Under the pieces are notes generated by a model that was not told where the DNA came from, made no database searches, and worked only from the letters and a program-made list of their open reading frames with translations. Of a stretch of DNA of 64,000 nucleotides, positions 24,897-38,706 are shown one piece after another. This DNA comes from Squalus acanthias (taxonomy: Eukaryota): assembly GCA_030390025.1 (NCBI GenBank), contig CM059432.1:92506001-92570000 (forward strand). The letters are read 5' to 3'. Within the stretch, counting starts at the first letter, position 1. Each line of letters begins with the position of its first letter. The translations under genes were made by a program, and so were the position numbers.

Positions 24897-27800
24897 ATGG
24901 CAGACACGAACGCAGTTTCCGTGGAACTGCCGGAGTTTGGGGAAAACCAGCCCGAAGCCTGGTTTCTCCAAGCTGAATCTCGCTTCCGGCTGCGAAAGAT
25001 CACCACAGATCGGACGCAGTACGACTACCTCGTCACATCACTCGGTAGCACCACAGTTTCCAAGGTTTGGACAGCGCTGCAGAACCCACCAGAGGAAGGC
25101 AAGTACGCACATCTCAAGACAGCGCTCCTTAAAAAATTTACGGCCTCGGCATATCAGCGAAACTGCCACCTCCTCGACCTTCCAGGCCTCGGTGATGCCT
25201 CACCGTCAGACCTCCTCTCCCACATGCTGTCTCTCACCAACGAGAGCCCACCCGGATCCCTCTTCCGCACGCTGTTCATCCGCCAGCTCCCTCTCAGCAT
25301 CCGCCCAGCGATCGTGGCGTCCGGCCTCATGAACCTGGAAGCTCTGGCCGATGAGGCCGACAAGCTGCTGTCCGCTCACTCCAGCTGCGACGTCACTCCG
25401 GACCTGGCAGCCAATGCCTGGGCACGCCCCTCACCGGCCACCACACGGCCACAAGGGCCTGCCACCAGGCCCACGGGGCCTTCACGCCCCACTAACCCGG
25501 GCCACTGTTACTACCACGCACGGTTCGGCGCCAGGGCACAACGGTGCACACCTCCCTGCTCTTTCAAGTCTGCCCCCGTACCAGCCCCCGCGATGGCCGT
25601 GGGCCACGCGGGCTCCCTGCTGTTCGTCACGGATGACAAAACCGGCCGCCGGTTCCTGTGCGACACTGGGGCTCAGCACAGCATCATCCCGGCCTCCTCC
25701 CTCGACATCCAAAAGGGCAAACGAGGACCGGCGCTGGCTGCTGCTAACGGCTCGGAAATCTGGACGTATGGCACCCGGACAGTCACCCTCGACCTCGCTG
25801 GTCACCGCTACCGATGGGAGTTCATCACTGCCAAGGTGCTCTCCCCCCTCATCGGCGCAGATTTCTTGTGCGCCCACGGCCTACTGGTAGACATCCCCCG
25901 TCACCGCCTCGTGGACATGAACACCATGTCCCCCATCTTGGGCGCCATGGCCCCCCGTCAACCCGCCGACATGGCATCACAGTGCCACGGATGACTACTC
26001 GGCACTCCTGGCCGAATTCCCGGCCCTTACCAATCCGACCTTCTCCGCGGAGGCCGCCAAACACGGGGTGGAACACTTCATCCCCACCACAGGCCCCCCA
26101 GTGTACGCCCACGCCCGTAGGCTGGACCCGGCCAAACTGGAGATCGCGCGGACCGAGTTTGCCACCATGGAACAGCTCGGCATCATCCGCCTATCCAACA
26201 GTCCCTGGGCCTCCCCACTCCACATCGCCCCCAAACCAGGCGGAGGTTGGCGCCCCTGCGGGGATTACCGCCGCCTCAATGACGCCACCACCCCTGATCG
26301 GTACCCCGTGCTGCACATTCAGGACTTCTCGGCTAGACTGGCTGGCCGCTCAGTCTTTTCCAAGGTCGACCTGGTGCGCGGCTACCCCCAAGTCCCCGTC
26401 CACCCCGCGGACGTCCCCAAGACGGCCGTAATCACCCCCTTCGGCCTGTTCGAGTTCCTGCGGATGCCCTTCGCCTCAAAAACGCGGCCCAGGCATTCCA
26501 ACGGCTCATGGACTCGGTCCTTCGGGACCTGAAGTTCCTGTTCGTCTACCTGGACGTCATCCTGGTAGCCAGTTCCTCCAAGCAGGAACACCTCGAACAC
26601 CTTCGCATCCTGTTCGGGCGCCTCAGCGACCACGGGCTCATCCTCAGCCCAGCCAAATGCCAGTTCGGCCTGGACAAGATCGACTTCCTCAGCCACCACA
26701 TCACCCATGCTGGGGCCATTCCCCTGCCCACCAAGGTGCAGGCCGTCCAACAATTTCCCCGCCCCACCACCATCAAAGGTCTCCAGGAGTTCCTCGGGAT
26801 GGTGAATTTCTATAACCGCTTCATCCCCAAAGCGGCGTCCCTCATGAGGCCCCTGTATGAAGCCCTCCGGGGCAGGAGCGGCAAGATGGCGGTCGAATGG
26901 ACAGCAGACGCGTCCGTTGCCTTCGATTCCACCAAGACCGCGCTCGCCAACGCCACCCTGCTCGCGCACCCATGGCCCAATGCCAGGGTAGCGCTCATCA
27001 CGGACGCCTCCGACCACGCGGTCGGCGCTGTGTATGAGCAGTGGGTCGACGGCGCCTGGCAACCACTTGCCTTCTTCAGCCGCCAACTACGCCCCCCAGA
27101 GGTCAAGTACAGCACCTTCGACCGCGAGCTCCTCGCGCTGTTCCTGGCGGTCCGCCATTTCCGGTTTTTGTTTGAGGGCCACCCCTTCACTGCGTTTGTC
27201 GACCACAAGCCCCTGACATTCGCAATGGCAAAGACAACCGACCCCTGGTCCACCAGGCAGCAGCGCCAGCTCGCGGCAGTGTCTGAGTTCACCACGGACA
27301 TCCAACACGTCTCCGGCCGAGACAATGTGGTAGCCGACTGCCTCTCCCGCCCCGCCATCCACCTAGCAGTCGACTACGCTCAACTCGCAGCAGACCAGAT
27401 CACCGACCCTGATCTGCTCTCCGCACCCACCAACCTACCAGGGCTACGCCTGGCTGACATCGCCTGTGGCCCGACCGCAGTCACGGTCAAGTGCGACATA
27501 TCCCTATGTCAACCTCGGCCCGTCGTCCCAGCATCCTGGCGCCGCCGGGTATTCGACATTCTCCACAACCTCTCCCACCCCGGCGCCCACGCATCCATCA
27601 AATTGGTAGCCAACCGCTTCGTCTGGCGCGGCCTTCGCAAGGATGTGCGTACTTGGGCCAACTCCTGCCTAGCCTGCCAACGGGCCAAGGTACAGCAACA
27701 CATGAAAGCACCCCTCGAGGAGTTTACCGTCCCCTCGCGGAGATTCGACCACATCAACGTGGACATCGTCGGGCCCCTGCCGCCGTCGCAAGGCCACACA

Positions 27801-28688
27801 CACTTGCTGATCATCGTTGACCGCACCACACGCTGGCCTGAGGCAATTCCACTGACCTCTACCACCACCGCCGACATCGCTAGAGCCTTCGTCAGCACCT
27901 GGGTCGCATGGTTCGGCGTCCCCTCCGACATGACGTCGGACAGAGGTCCGCAATTTACCTCTGAACTCTGGACCGCCGTCGCACGCAATCTCGGGGTGAC
28001 CATTCACCGCACCACAGCATACCACCCCCAAGCCAACGGACTGTGTAAGCGGTTCCACAGATCCTTGAAGGCATTTCTACGAGCCAGCCTGCAAGACGGC
28101 GCCTGGACCGACCGACTTCCGTGGGTCCTCCTCGGCCTGCGCACCGCGGTTAAAGAAGACCTCTACGCATCGGCAGCAGAGCTCGTGTACGGTCAGCCGC
28201 TGCGCATACCCGGCGAATTCCTGCCCACCGCCACGACACCCTGGTCAGCCGACCAGCAACGCCACGACTTCGCCTCACCAGCGCTGCAGTTCGCCCTGGT
28301 GCCCATTGCCCGACACGGCAAATCCACCTCACACGTCCCACTAAGCCTGCACCAGGCACGGTTTGTTTTCGTCCGGCACGACGCCCACCGCGGACCCCTT
28401 CAACCCCCGTACGACGGGCCCTACAAGGTGCTACAGGCTGGGGACAAATTTTTCACCCTGCAAGTGGGCGACAGGACCGAAAAAGTGTCGGTTGACCGAC
28501 TCAAGCCAGCACACTCGGAGCCCGGTGAGCAGGTCCCTGTAGCTCATCCACCTCCACGCGGCCGACCTGCCCTCAAGCCGGTTCACCCGGCTGCTCCACA
28601 CCCGGCCGTTCCACGTCCACCGGCGTCCTACAAGAGCTGCTCCGGCTGGCCCATCAGACCGCCGCACCGTCTCGTCCACACCTCCTAA
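24897..28688 (+). pseudogene. Gypsy gag-pol polyprotein, broken by two frameshifts (~25975 and ~26473)
   Basis: Gag CYYHARFGARAQRCTPPC; protease FLCDTGA; RT SPWASPL, CGDYRRLN, YLDV; RNase H TDASD, DRELLA; integrase HHCC, DIVGP, SDRGPQF and GPY motif. Confidence 0.92.
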
Positions 28689-28697
28689 GCGGATTCT

Positions 28698-28705
28698 GGG
28701 GGGAG
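28698..28705 (+). other. Polypurine tract
   Basis: GGGGGGAG just upstream of the 3' LTR. Confidence 0.8.
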
Positions 28706-28708
28706 CTG

Positions 28709-28930
28709 TGTGGCGGATCGCCACCTAAACGGGCATTATCCACTCTTCCGTCTGTGGACAAATATCCAGCACCTTCCCTTTAAGGCAGGAGTGGGCGGGG
28801 CCTCAGGGTTTGCCCAGAGAATTCTGGGAGCTTTTCTGTTCAGCCATTTTGTGCCATGCAGTGATTAAAAAGTCTCTTGTTTAACACACATGGATTCAGC
28901 CTTAATTCGTGTTTTGCGGCAGCCTCAACA
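28709..28930 (+). repeat. 3' LTR
   Basis: Direct repeat of 24635-24856. Confidence 0.95.
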
Positions 28931-30914
28931 CTACTCTTGATAATTCAAAGTAGTTTTCTTGCGCACAATAAATTGAATAATGCAATAATTTGAATTAAGT
29001 GACAAATAATACAGGAATTTAGTGCTAAAAGAATCTGAATTTTCAGGTAATTTGAATTAAGCAATTTTGGTAAAAGGTGAAAGATTTGCATGATCTGAAG
29101 AGGAATAGATTGTACTGTTCAATTTCTGTGTATAACGTACACGGTTGATGGCATATATTTCCACCCATAGTTGATAGGCAGAAAATCTACATAACACAAT
29201 CAAGACCTTCTAACAATGATATTGTGGAGGACTTGAACCCCAAAGAAGGAAGCTTTAAAATTCATGTAATGGTCAGATCCCCAAGATTATATTATACGGG
29301 TAATTACCCAACACCTTGCCTCTGGTTGGGCACCTAGCCCGGTGACAGCCCATATCGGAAATCTGGGCTTGTGCTGCACCCAATTTTCCAACCCTTAATG
29401 CATAGTGCACACGAATTTCTAATCTGGGTTTCCGGTGAACAATTACCTTGTACATCTTTGATCAGAGAGATGATTTCACTTCTGTACTCAGCACATAGTA
29501 ACAGATATCCCACACAAGTCTCATGTTTTTAGTCTCAGATATCTAGCATCACTCATGTGAAGCTGATCTCTTGCTGCATAACTGCCTTTGAAGTTGATGG
29601 GATTATATTTGCATACTGCGACAGAAAAACAAGGTTTACAGGAATTATGCCAGTGTCATGTGACAGGAAGTATATCCTGAACTACTCTTTTAGTAATTCA
29701 ACAACAGCAGTTGATTGAGATCATGTAATGAATCTGGAAAACACTCAAGGGGTTTCATTAAAAGTGACACTGGAGCACAAATGGTTCATAAAGTAATCAA
29801 AACTCTGAGAATGTTACAATTTTACAATTAAAATTGCCTCAAAAAGTTACATGTTGCTGTGCAAATATATGGTTGCAACATGTAATGAATTAAAAGGGTA
29901 AATTAAGGGTTTGGTGTGAAGTGATTTTGCTTTGCACCAACTCTGCAGTTATAGTGCACTAGAGCGAAGTGCAGTGAGAATTCTGGAGTAGGTAGTGTCA
30001 CTCCGCTTCACTTTGGAGTCAGTTCAGGCCTTGATACCTGATTTACACTCCATCACTTTAGCACCAGCGTGAAACTGAAACTGCATCTCACCGATGTTAA
30101 ATGCACCATAAGCTTAACCTTAGGACATATCATTTTTCTACCCATCTGCATATGTGAAACTCCACAGTAATGGTAAGATTGCGAGAGACTGTGGTGGGCA
30201 GGGCAAAATCCATCACATTTTTTGGTCATTCCCAAAGATAAAATTACAGGCAAATGGTCCTGTACAAAACCCAAAAGATTTGCATGTAATTGAACCACAT
30301 GTGGGCACCCTCCTTCTCAGATCTCCTCATAGTGACTCCTCTGCAATACAACATAGGTAAGATGGGGTTCTGCCTAACTGCATGTCAGTTGGATTCTAGG
30401 AAGACGGTGGCAGGAGGATGATCTCATATGGTCAATGAGGGTTTTTTCAATAAAATCATGAATCAGGAGATATTCTTTGAAAACTGGTCTCCTTCTCGGT
30501 CCATTTCCAGATGATGTTTGGCTGATCACCAACACTGCCCACATAGCTAAACCACCAAGCATATGGAGCACGCTCCATTTCAGCTGAAGATTAATGCCAA
30601 AAGCTCTGGTGGCACAACCAAAACCCACCAGGTACAACGCAGCAGGCAAGCATGGCATCACACACTAATACCACTGCCACTCTCTGGAATCAGTCTCCAG
30701 GGCCATCCACAAGCCAAATTACACAGTAAAGCTCATTCACTCCCACAACGTACCATCAACACTACACAATGAATGCAATGCATGTCAACATATAACTTTT
30801 GCAATTATGAAAAGGTGTATTTTTTAAAATAAACATTTTAATTATCATCCTAAGACAGTGTGAGCAGACTGAACAACTGACTTTTCTTAGTCATTAGCAT
30901 TGCATCATCAATAC

Positions 30915-31520
30915 CATGATCAATAAATCGTTGAAGGTGGCAAGGGAGGTTGAGAAAGCGGTTAAAAAAGCATATGGGATCCTGGGCTTCATAAATAGAG
31001 GCATAGAGTACAAAAGCAAGGAAGTTATGATGAACCTTTATAAAACACTGGTTCGGCCTCAACTGGAGTATTGTGTCCAATTCTGGGCACCGCACTTTAG
31101 GAAAGATGTGAAGAGGGTGCAGAAAAGATTTACAAGAATAGTTCCAGGGAAGAGGGACTTCAGTTACGTGGATAGACTGGAGAAGCTGGGGTTGTTCTCC
31201 TTAGAGCAGAGAAGGTTGAGAGGAGATTTGATTGAGGTGTTCAAAATCATGAGGGGTCTAAACATAGTAGAGAGAAACTGTTCCCATTGGCGGAAGGGTC
31301 GAGAACCAGAGGACACAGATTTAAGGTGATTGGCAAAAGAACCAAAAGCAACATAAGGAAAAACTTTTTTACGCAGCGAGTGGTTATGATCTGGAATGTA
31401 CTGCCTGAAAGGGTGATGGAGGCAGATTCAATCGGGAATTGGATAAGTACCTGAAGGAAAAAAATTTGCAAGGCTACAGGGAAAGAGCAGGGGAGTGGGA
31501 CTAGCTGAAGTGCTCGTTAG
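30915..31520 (+). mobile_element. CR1 LINE 3' end
   Basis: LYKTLVRPQLEYCVQFWAP...LGLFSLEQRRLRGDLIEVFKI. Confidence 0.9.
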
Positions 31521-34500
31521 ATGAAGCAGACTGCTTTCTTGGAGTTTTCACAGCAGCAGTGCGAGTATTTGTAAGATGCGCTCCGACTGTGCCTATGGCT
31601 TGAGTGTGATCTACACTGCAGATGACCTGAACCCAGAAAAGCAGGTCATGGTCATGTCAGGTGGAGCAGCCGCTGCAAGTCATGCACCTGCTATGCTTTC
31701 TTGGGCTGTTCTCTTCTGCTGTTGTGACACCCCCTCCACTGGCTGCTACACCTATGCTATCGGGCAGAGAAACCATCTGCTTATGAAAATTTCTCACTAC
31801 AATGATGACACTTCAAAATCTTCCCCTTCCTTAAAAGTTTTGAGCTGGAATAAAGTACTTGCTTTTCAATGATCCTTTACAGCTGCACAAGCTTTTCATG
31901 ATGCCTTTAACATAGTAAAATTGGCCTTTTAAAAAAAATATATATTTTTGCTAATGTGCACAAATCTATTTGAGGGATAGTAATGCTTAAAGCAGCAATA
32001 AAAGGAGTTTCTTTTGTTGCTGCCTTCGGCTGCCATTACACCAGTTATTTTTCCATTAAACTTATCAACCAAAGGATTGCCAAGCTCTAAGAGTCCCATA
32101 AAATATTTTTAAATCTCTGCATTGACAAGTGAATGTTTACAGATGGATGGTCAGACAGAAGCCTCTGTTTAAACTCTTTATTAAAATTAGAGATATATCT
32201 CAGTGATAGTCATCAGGGTTACTATGCTTCCACAGAATATCTGACACTAATAGATAAATGACTGAATTCTACCGCAATATTTGGCAGATTCCCCACTGTC
32301 AGTATGTTTTCTTTTTATTCTCTAATGTTGACTAGATTATCTGTCAGATAAAATAGCTCGAGGCACAGTAAATGTCTTTATTTGCAGGGAAGCAATTACA
32401 AAACATGGCATCTTTCCTCCCTCCCCACCAAAAATAGTTTTAATCCTGTTCTTGACTCAAATATTCTCACCATTCTTTCTATTCTGGTAACAAGGCTGGC
32501 TATTACACTGGAGAACTTTATTTCTATTACACAATTATATTGCTCTTCGTCTTCATGAAGCCTAAATAGGGAAAAATGTAAACACTTTTATGGCAGATTT
32601 GATGTGTGTGAGAGTAAAAGCAATTTTTTAAATTAAAATAAAACTAGAGATTCTAACAACGTCCTATGAACACAGAGCTGGCACAAGTTAGGAGGGGAAA
32701 ACATGCAAGTTTTGCTGTTTGTTCTTTAATTTATGAACTGTCACCAGTTTACCACCAGATTTATCACATGGAACTGTCCGTCTCTCATTCAGCAGACCAC
32801 TTTCCCAGTGGACACTCCATGCCAGCTGTCTAGGCAGCAGTAAAGTCTTTTCCCAAGCCCCAACCTGTGGGAAAATCTTGACTGGCCAGTAATTGATTCC
32901 GCCCTGCCAGCTCCATTACCGACTGTGCAATGAAACTGCCAGAAAGCTGCAGACTCCTCCAGCTCGATTATTTACCCTGCACTGTGTAACTGTCATAAAA
33001 TATGCTGTTGGGCCGCAGGCTTGATCCTCAACCTGCGCTGAAATGATTGGTACTCTCAGTACTGCATGAAGCACCTAAGTACATAGGTCAAAGAAAAATA
33101 AGAGCAATTGTAGGGTTTTTTAAACTACAGTTAATAGGGTTAGCAGAATTGCACCATATAATCCAATAGCTGGGATAACTGGCCAATATACTGCATATTC
33201 AATCTTTGAAATGATATTAAACATACAGGTTATCACATTATGTGGGAAAAGTGTAATTGGAGTTATCTATTATGTTGAAGAAATAACTTTTATACAAGCA
33301 GTGTTTAACAACTGCTTCTTTATGTCTGACATGTCACTCCTCTATATAATTATGATGAATAAACATGACAATTTGTTTTTGGAATAATTCTAATATAAAT
33401 TATTAACTACTGGTGGCCCACCATTTCTCCATTAAATATTTACAACTCATCTGTTCTGCTCAGTTAAGTGGGGCTAAGATCTACCGCTCACCACATGCTT
33501 AACTACAGGTGTGCACACTTACAGATTTTAGCCAATTCAAACAGATCTCAATCAATTTTAACATGAATGGTCTGCAGCTGAGCCAGAATTCATTTCAAAC
33601 TAAACATATTAGGGCAGATTTGAACTTCCGGCAGGAAGCCAGCGGGAGCAGACGACCATCCCACATGGAAGTGTGAGTTGGAAGCCCAGCAGATTTCAAC
33701 TACTGGTCAGCTGTTTCCATTTATTAATGAGGCTCCGGCGGGAGCTTCATCTGCTGCCAAAAGCAGCAGAGCGGTGGGAACGGAGCATTTTAACCACGAT
33801 CGGGGAAGAGTGAAAATCGCCCTGATTATACTGGGCTTGCTCATGGGCAGCTTGGCAATATGGCTGCGTGTTACTGCCAGCTTTCCACAGGGGAAATTCC
33901 TGATTTTGGCTGAGTTGACAACATGTTGAGGAAGTAAATAAATAAGTAGAATAGTACCCGACTCTCCTGTTGCATCTCCTAGCAGGTGATTAAAGAGAAG
34001 CATTGGTAGTTGCCTAATAGAGGTTTCATGGCTATGCTTTATATTATGGAATAGTCCACGAGTGCCCTTGGGTAAATCCAAATACCAATGTAAACAGCAT
34101 CAAGAAGCATTTTTAGTTGTCCTGGTATATTCCCTCCTTGTGGAGAAGTGGCTTGATCCTGCATGGCTGCACACTCTCCGTCTTCAACAGTGCAGCTGAG
34201 TTTGGAATCTATCTTGGAACTCCTACTAGGTCTGTGTTTTTCTCTAGTTGTTTAGATGTGCAGTGTAAATAATAGTCTTTAAGTATGAAAGTCATGCAAC
34301 ACCTCTGGCCAAGAAGGCTAGTTGGAGTCCTGCTCCGAGACCACTTTGACTGTCTCTCTGTGGCCAGCTGCTAGGTGGTGTGCAAGAGCAGCCAAAGGTG
34401 ACAGGGGCTTCCAATTACACTCCTTCCCCTTTGGGAACGTGCTGAGCTTCCCCATCCACAGGAACATGACTAGAATGACAATCGGTGCATTGAAAATCAT

Positions 34501-37500
34501 GGATACAATTTGACTGAAATCAAGATTCATTGAACTGTCTCCTGTTCTAATTTGTTCTTTCCCAGGAGCTTAAAACTATGGAACAACTTAGCTTGCCCAG
34601 CTTTCCCTTCTCCTACAAATTGAAGGCTTTTAAAATAGAAGTTTAGTGTCATCTAATTATTACTTCTTCATTTACTTAGTCTCCTCGTTTATTCTTTTTA
34701 ACCTTGGTGGACTGGCTCCTTCACTTAGGTGTCTCAATTTAAAAACTCCCACCATTCTGTGGTTGTAGCATACTGTATTCTCTAATGAGCTGTTCTCTGT
34801 TGCATCGTGCAGGGACATTTTTTAAGTAGTTCTATATTAACTTTCCGTTTCAAAGCCTTAAATAATAAATTAATACAAACATCTTTCAGCAATAACTGCT
34901 GTCTTTGTTGGCATCAATTATTTTCTAAAATTATAGTTTTGATAATGCACATTTATTTTTACAGTCACTACAAAAGGATTGGAATGAAACAAAAATTTGT
35001 ACTGCAACCATTATTCTTCAGGAGATCTCAGAACTTTGTAGAGGTTTCAGCAAACATGCAGTCATTTAAAAAAAGAGTTAAAATTACATATTACAAATCT
35101 TAAACACATCAACATACCACAACAATCAACATTGCAAAAAAATTCTCTGGACTTAAACAATTTAAAATGATAGGATAAAGATGTGGCAAATTGCTTATTT
35201 TCTTTGAAAACAATAAATGGCCACAATAATTTTGCACTATGCTTAATTACAGCAAACACACCCAGAAAAGCATTTTCCAATTAGGCAGCTCGCTAGACCA
35301 GCTGACATAGAGGGTAGGAGGAGAGATGTTAAACTGCATTTTTTATCAACATTTCTCATGACTGCAACAGCCTTTATATAACTAACAGCTGAGGAGTGCA
35401 CTTTCCCATGCCGTCAGGGGTGAGGAGGTTAGGATTTAAGTATTGTGGCAGTTGTTTTTCACACAAGAATCAAACCCACTGTAGCTGAACTGAAAGAACC
35501 CAGCACCATGAAAGAGCAGAACCTCTTCCTTTTATGAAACGGTACGCCCACCACTTGAGTGGGCAGCTCAGTTTAACCCACCATTGATCTGTACAACTTG
35601 CAACACTAATTGGGAACAGGGACTTTTTTCAAAGTCGCTGAATCGGTAAATGAAACCGCTGCTCCCCTGTGATCTAGCGTGTGCATAGATGCTCCAGACC
35701 AGAGACCAAAGGGCAAGGCAGAAATATTCCAAACAATTGCTGCTCTTTAACAGCTCACTTTACTTTTTCTGCTTATTTCCTCCTGCATTCAACACAGTAT
35801 CCCCTCTATTTAATGCAAAACAAACAATTTAGGCGAACAGAGGCGTAAATGAAAAAAAGTGAACAAATTAATGGCCATAGTTGGGAAATAGCACTGTACA
35901 CAGTGCAATGGGCGAAAGCAGATTAATCAAAAATTCCATGAAAATGTAAAAATTTCAAAAGGAACAAATCTTGCGTTCCTATAATGGAAGAACATATTAC
36001 ATTGTATACAGAACCCAACTGTGATGCATTATCTACAAGAATATTATTTATTAGTCAACAGACGATGGAATGCAAAGTTGCCTATTGTAATTCTGTATTA
36101 ATAACTATGATATGTGAAATCTATTAACTCATCATTTTGAACTGCACCAATGATAAATATAAAGAGATAATATTTCAGTATACATAAAAGTACTGTAGCA
36201 TTCCCCTTGTTTTAATTCCCCCTGATTAAATCATGAACACATTTGATATTTATTTCATTTACCTCCTATTATAGTTGTTTTCAACTATTTTCTTCAGCTT
36301 ATTCAGAAATTATTAAAGAAAGCAAGAAGACTGCTTCCTTAGCCAAGACAATAGCAGGGATGCAACATTTGGTTGTGATGTCCCCACAGTCAAATAGCTT
36401 GCTAATATTCACTGTCCAGACATTTGCATGAAGAATGGCCACTTGGGTGAGGTACTTCAGGGTGACTGACATGCTTTGAATCATACCTCAAACAAGGGAT
36501 TAATAAAAAATTGTTTAGTTTTGGTTTGATGCTTGTCCTTTTAAATCCAGTTCCATTATACGAGTTTAAAATCCAGCTGCAATTAAAATCCACGTCCCAC
36601 AGCCTAGATTGATACAAATGTTGCAAGGACAGTTCGTAGTGCTTTATTTTCAAACTGTAGACTTGAAGGGAGGAGTCAAATCACATTTAAACAAACACAA
36701 ACTGTATGATTTGTTCAGTTACGTGTATGACAGCCAATTATTTTTGAATGCTACTCAAATTCACAACTGTTGGGGGAAAATGTTCGCGCTTAAGCTGAAT
36801 GAATATACTTGAAATGTTGAAGAGTTAAACCAAGCTAGTTCCGCTTTCGAAGTGATGAGAAATATGAGATAAGAATCACTCTGTAGATAAAATGTTAATT
36901 CAAAAGAACAGTAATTTAATAAAGGAATTGAGGAGCTATAATCCTATTTAAATATATATTACTGTTATTTGTTCATTTTTTGTTCAATAAATTGACTTAA
37001 AAGCTTAAACCTACAACAAGGTCGAATCCAGTGGAGGTATAAAATAATCAAAGGTCTTTCTGTTCATTATTCTGGGCATATTACCAAAAGCTTTCCTAGA
37101 TACCAAGGCTCGGAAGTTGGGACTCATCTGTGAGAGTAATCTAAAATACAGAATTGTAAAATTATAGAATTTTATAGTACAGAGGATAGCCAGTCATCGC
37201 GCCTATGCTGACTCTTAGTCCCATTCCTCTCCCCTTTCCCCCATTAAATGTTTCTTTTACAAGTATTTATCCTTATCCCTTTTAACAGCTATTATGGATT
37301 TTGCTTTCATCATTGTTTTGGTAGGGCATTCCATGCCCTTGCAGCAACCCTCTGTGTAAAGTAATTTCTCTAGAGTAAATAGGGTAGTAAAGATGGAAAA
37401 ATCTAGCAGTTTGTATCTCAATTGATTCAATGCTTCTTTGCATCTTACAGTAATTTCATAATAGATTTTTTTTTCTACCATGATTTTCATTCTGCAACTA

Positions 37501-38472
37501 ATTCTTAGAATGAAATTAAGAAGCCTGAAATCAGAACAAAGTGCTGACCAAAGCTTTAAGCTTTTGCAGTCCCATCTGTATCTCTGGTAACAGAAAGGCC
37601 CATGTCACAACCCCATTTAGTTCAACAACATGTGTGATGATAATCAGAAATGTAAAGCAAGCAGTGCAAAGTGAAACCAACTTACCTAAACAGAAATGTA
37701 AACAAACTGAGTAAGCTACCAACACACTGAGCGGTACAATGACACTTTCACATACAGTAACAAATTCATCACTGTTTCTAGATGCAGTTTTGGAAAGTAG
37801 ATTGCACATTCAATAAGATGTTTGTTATTATCCCAGCCAATTTGAGGCACGGAAAAGTACTGGATAAATGCAACTCGATCAGTTGCATTAGCGACAAAGA
37901 ATAATTTGATCAAATGCCTAACTTGATAATATGAATAGAAACAGAAAAATTGCACAAATTCATAAACATTTTAGATTGTCTTCATACCCGTTAAAGTAAA
38001 ATGCTAATTTACTGAAAAGAAAAAAGGGCAAATTTTAGTAATTTATTCGACAGTGCTAATCCTCAGACTACTTAATAAGAACATTTCTGAGCAGTGGCTC
38101 CGCTGGAAAGTGCATGTGTATGGACACTGGTTGAGGGTACGATTAGATGCCACTGTGATGACCCCATAGTTGAATAGCCTCATAACACTAATTTTAAGGT
38201 TCACCTAAGAACAGCAACTTGGGAAAGTTTGCCTCTGCAGGGACCAGCACCTTTGGGAGAGATGGGGAGAAAATTGGGAATTTTGTTTTAATAAAAGTGG
38301 CAGCAGTGTGTACATAATAGAGGCTTGTGCTTGAGTAAGCAAGAAAAAATTACTATTCCTGAAAAGCGATGTATTGCTTCAGCTTAGCTGTTCTGAAGTT
38401 GTATCAATGAAAATGTGCGTGTATAACTTTTTGAATTTTGACAAACACATAAAAAGTGCACGTTATAAAATG

Positions 38473-38478
38473 TTTATT
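38473..38478 (-). terminator. Putative MRPS28 polyadenylation signal AATAAA
   Basis: tttatt on plus strand ~75 nt past the stop codon. Confidence 0.6.
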
Positions 38479-38552
38479 TTTTAAAATAGTAAAGCAAGAA
38501 ATACATATTTTTGTATTGAAACAAAATTATACCAGGTCACTATTTATAACTT

Positions 38553-38706
38553 TCACTCTCTCTGCTTTGAATCCTTGCTTTCCAGCAATCCCAGGAGTGC
38601 AGCTTCTGCCTCGAGCAGAGTTGTGTCTGTCTTGGCCCCAAGAAAGCGCGATGTCAGCTCTAGATCAACAAGTTTCAAACGCACCCTCACGTCCCTCTGA
38701 TACTTC
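38553..38706 (-). CDS. MRPS28: Mitochondrial ribosomal protein S28 (bS1m), terminal coding exon
   Basis: Acceptor gttttgtttttgtctAG (AG at 38708-38707), then [50 protein letters not shown], closely matching the human C-terminus [46 protein letters not shown]; earlier exons not seen in the window. Confidence 0.93.

Larger units (their letters stand above)
24635..28930 (+). mobile_element. Full-length Ty3/Gypsy LTR retrotransposon, CsRn1 clade
   Basis: 222-bp TG...CA LTRs, tRNA-Trp PBS, PPT, gag(CHCC)-PR-RT-RH-IN order, imperfect 4-bp TSD ttac/ctac. Confidence 0.95.

Noticed and set aside
25960..25994. Programmed frameshift or readthrough in the Gypsy element
   Set aside because: The break falls after the protease, has no clear slippery heptamer, and the copy has other inactivating lesions.
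26382..28724. Long antisense ORFs over the Gypsy pol region
   Set aside because: Expected by-product of GC-rich coding sequence; no recognisable domains.
30370..30850. Possible Harbinger transposase C-terminal remnant (and a Myb-like remnant at ~59500-59820)
   Set aside because: Similarity is too degenerate to support by eye.
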